Positions 63,932 to 64,000 of a stretch of 64,000 nucleotides of DNA are shown here, one piece after another. Below the pieces are notes generated by a model. The model ran no database searches. It was not told the DNA's origin and saw nothing but the letters and a program-made list of their open reading frames with translations. Source of the DNA: Candidatus Omnitrophota bacterium (GTDB lineage: Bacteria > Omnitrophota > Omnitrophia > Omnitrophales > Aquincolibacteriaceae); assembly GCA_035368605.1 (NCBI GenBank), contig DAOSLF010000004.1:29388-93387 (forward strand), read 5' to 3'. Position 1 is the first letter of the stretch; each line of letters starts with the position of its first letter. The position numbers and the translations under genes are program-made.

Positions 63932-64000
63932 ACTTCCTGACTTCTTCCGCCTGCCAGCCGCCACCGAGGGCCCGATAGAGATTGGAGAGCGACACAAACT
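63932..64000 (-). CDS. C-terminal end of an outer membrane efflux protein (TolC/NodT family); the gene body lies beyond the window.
   Basis: The minus-strand translation ends ...SLSNLYRALGGGWQAEEVRK*. The LY(K/R)ALGGGW C-terminus is characteristic of OMF/NodT outer membrane factors. Only about 22 codons are in the window. Confidence 0.4.

Noticed and set aside
1-64000. CRISPR arrays, integrases, transposases, phage genes, toxin-antitoxin pairs.
   Set aside because: No regularly spaced direct repeats. No recombinase or transposase motifs in any frame. The only tRNA (Leu) is not flanked by an integrase. The only internal repeats are the protein-coding tandem modules of giant gene 2.

Overview
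This 64-kb window is a GC-rich (about 58-60%) chromosomal segment, most likely from an uncultivated anaerobic, fermentative, diderm bacterium; the content is reminiscent of candidate phyla such as Omnitrophota or Elusimicrobiota, but that is only inference. Every gene I can support lies on the minus strand. All long plus-strand ORFs in the track are antisense artefacts of the high GC content.

Gene order, reading the minus strand from high to low coordinates:
- 63932-64000: a partial TolC/NodT-like outer membrane efflux protein.
- 61946-63849: pyruvate kinase and a nucleoside deaminase.
- 52428-61820: a complete electron-bifurcating-type [FeFe]-hydrogenase locus. It runs rex, hydC, a 2Fe-2S ferredoxin, hydB and hydA, then a terminator, a TM1266-family regulator, and hydF, hydG and hydE.
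- 52195-52427: an AT-rich island.
- 44122-52194: an 8.1-kb giant gene. It encodes a filamentous-haemagglutinin-like exoprotein with a TPS domain, GLUG repeat blocks, MBG repeats, an acidic D/N-rich tract and a FecR-like C-terminus. It carries a large internal tandem duplication.
- 43434-43932: a small coiled-coil ORF and tRNA-Leu(GAG).
- 39185-43249: manB, manC, two tandem Pro/Ala-rich lipoproteins and uppP.
- 37420-38898: a class II aldolase, an Nfu-type Fe-S protein and a small orphan ORF.
- 34182-37248: trpS, scpA and scpB.
- 26016-34234: pheA, an aminotransferase, DAHP synthase, tyrA, rpsA, fabF and lpxA.
- 25631-26015: a second AT-rich island.
- 16802-25630: an 8.8-kb giant gene encoding a 2942-aa multidomain membrane protein with an embedded degenerate UDP-sugar-pyrophosphorylase-like domain.
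- 11108-16616: tyrS, a GldA/GldF/GldG-like ABC system and a DUF4340 protein.
- 8232-11060: yggS, proC, yggT and a purine nucleoside phosphorylase.
- 2084-8201: ileS, a GAF histidine kinase, an orphan receiver protein and a GAF/HD-GYP phosphodiesterase.
- 1-1938: a DksA/TraR-like protein with a histone-like lysine-rich N-terminus, lspA, lgt and the start of rluD.

The most novel candidates are the two giant genes and their AT-rich upstream islands.

Coordinate caveat: my position reading disagrees with the ORF track by about 1 nt in places. Refined gene starts are derived by codon arithmetic from track coordinates. Sites I read directly from the sequence (tRNA, hairpins, operator) may be off by 1-2 nt.
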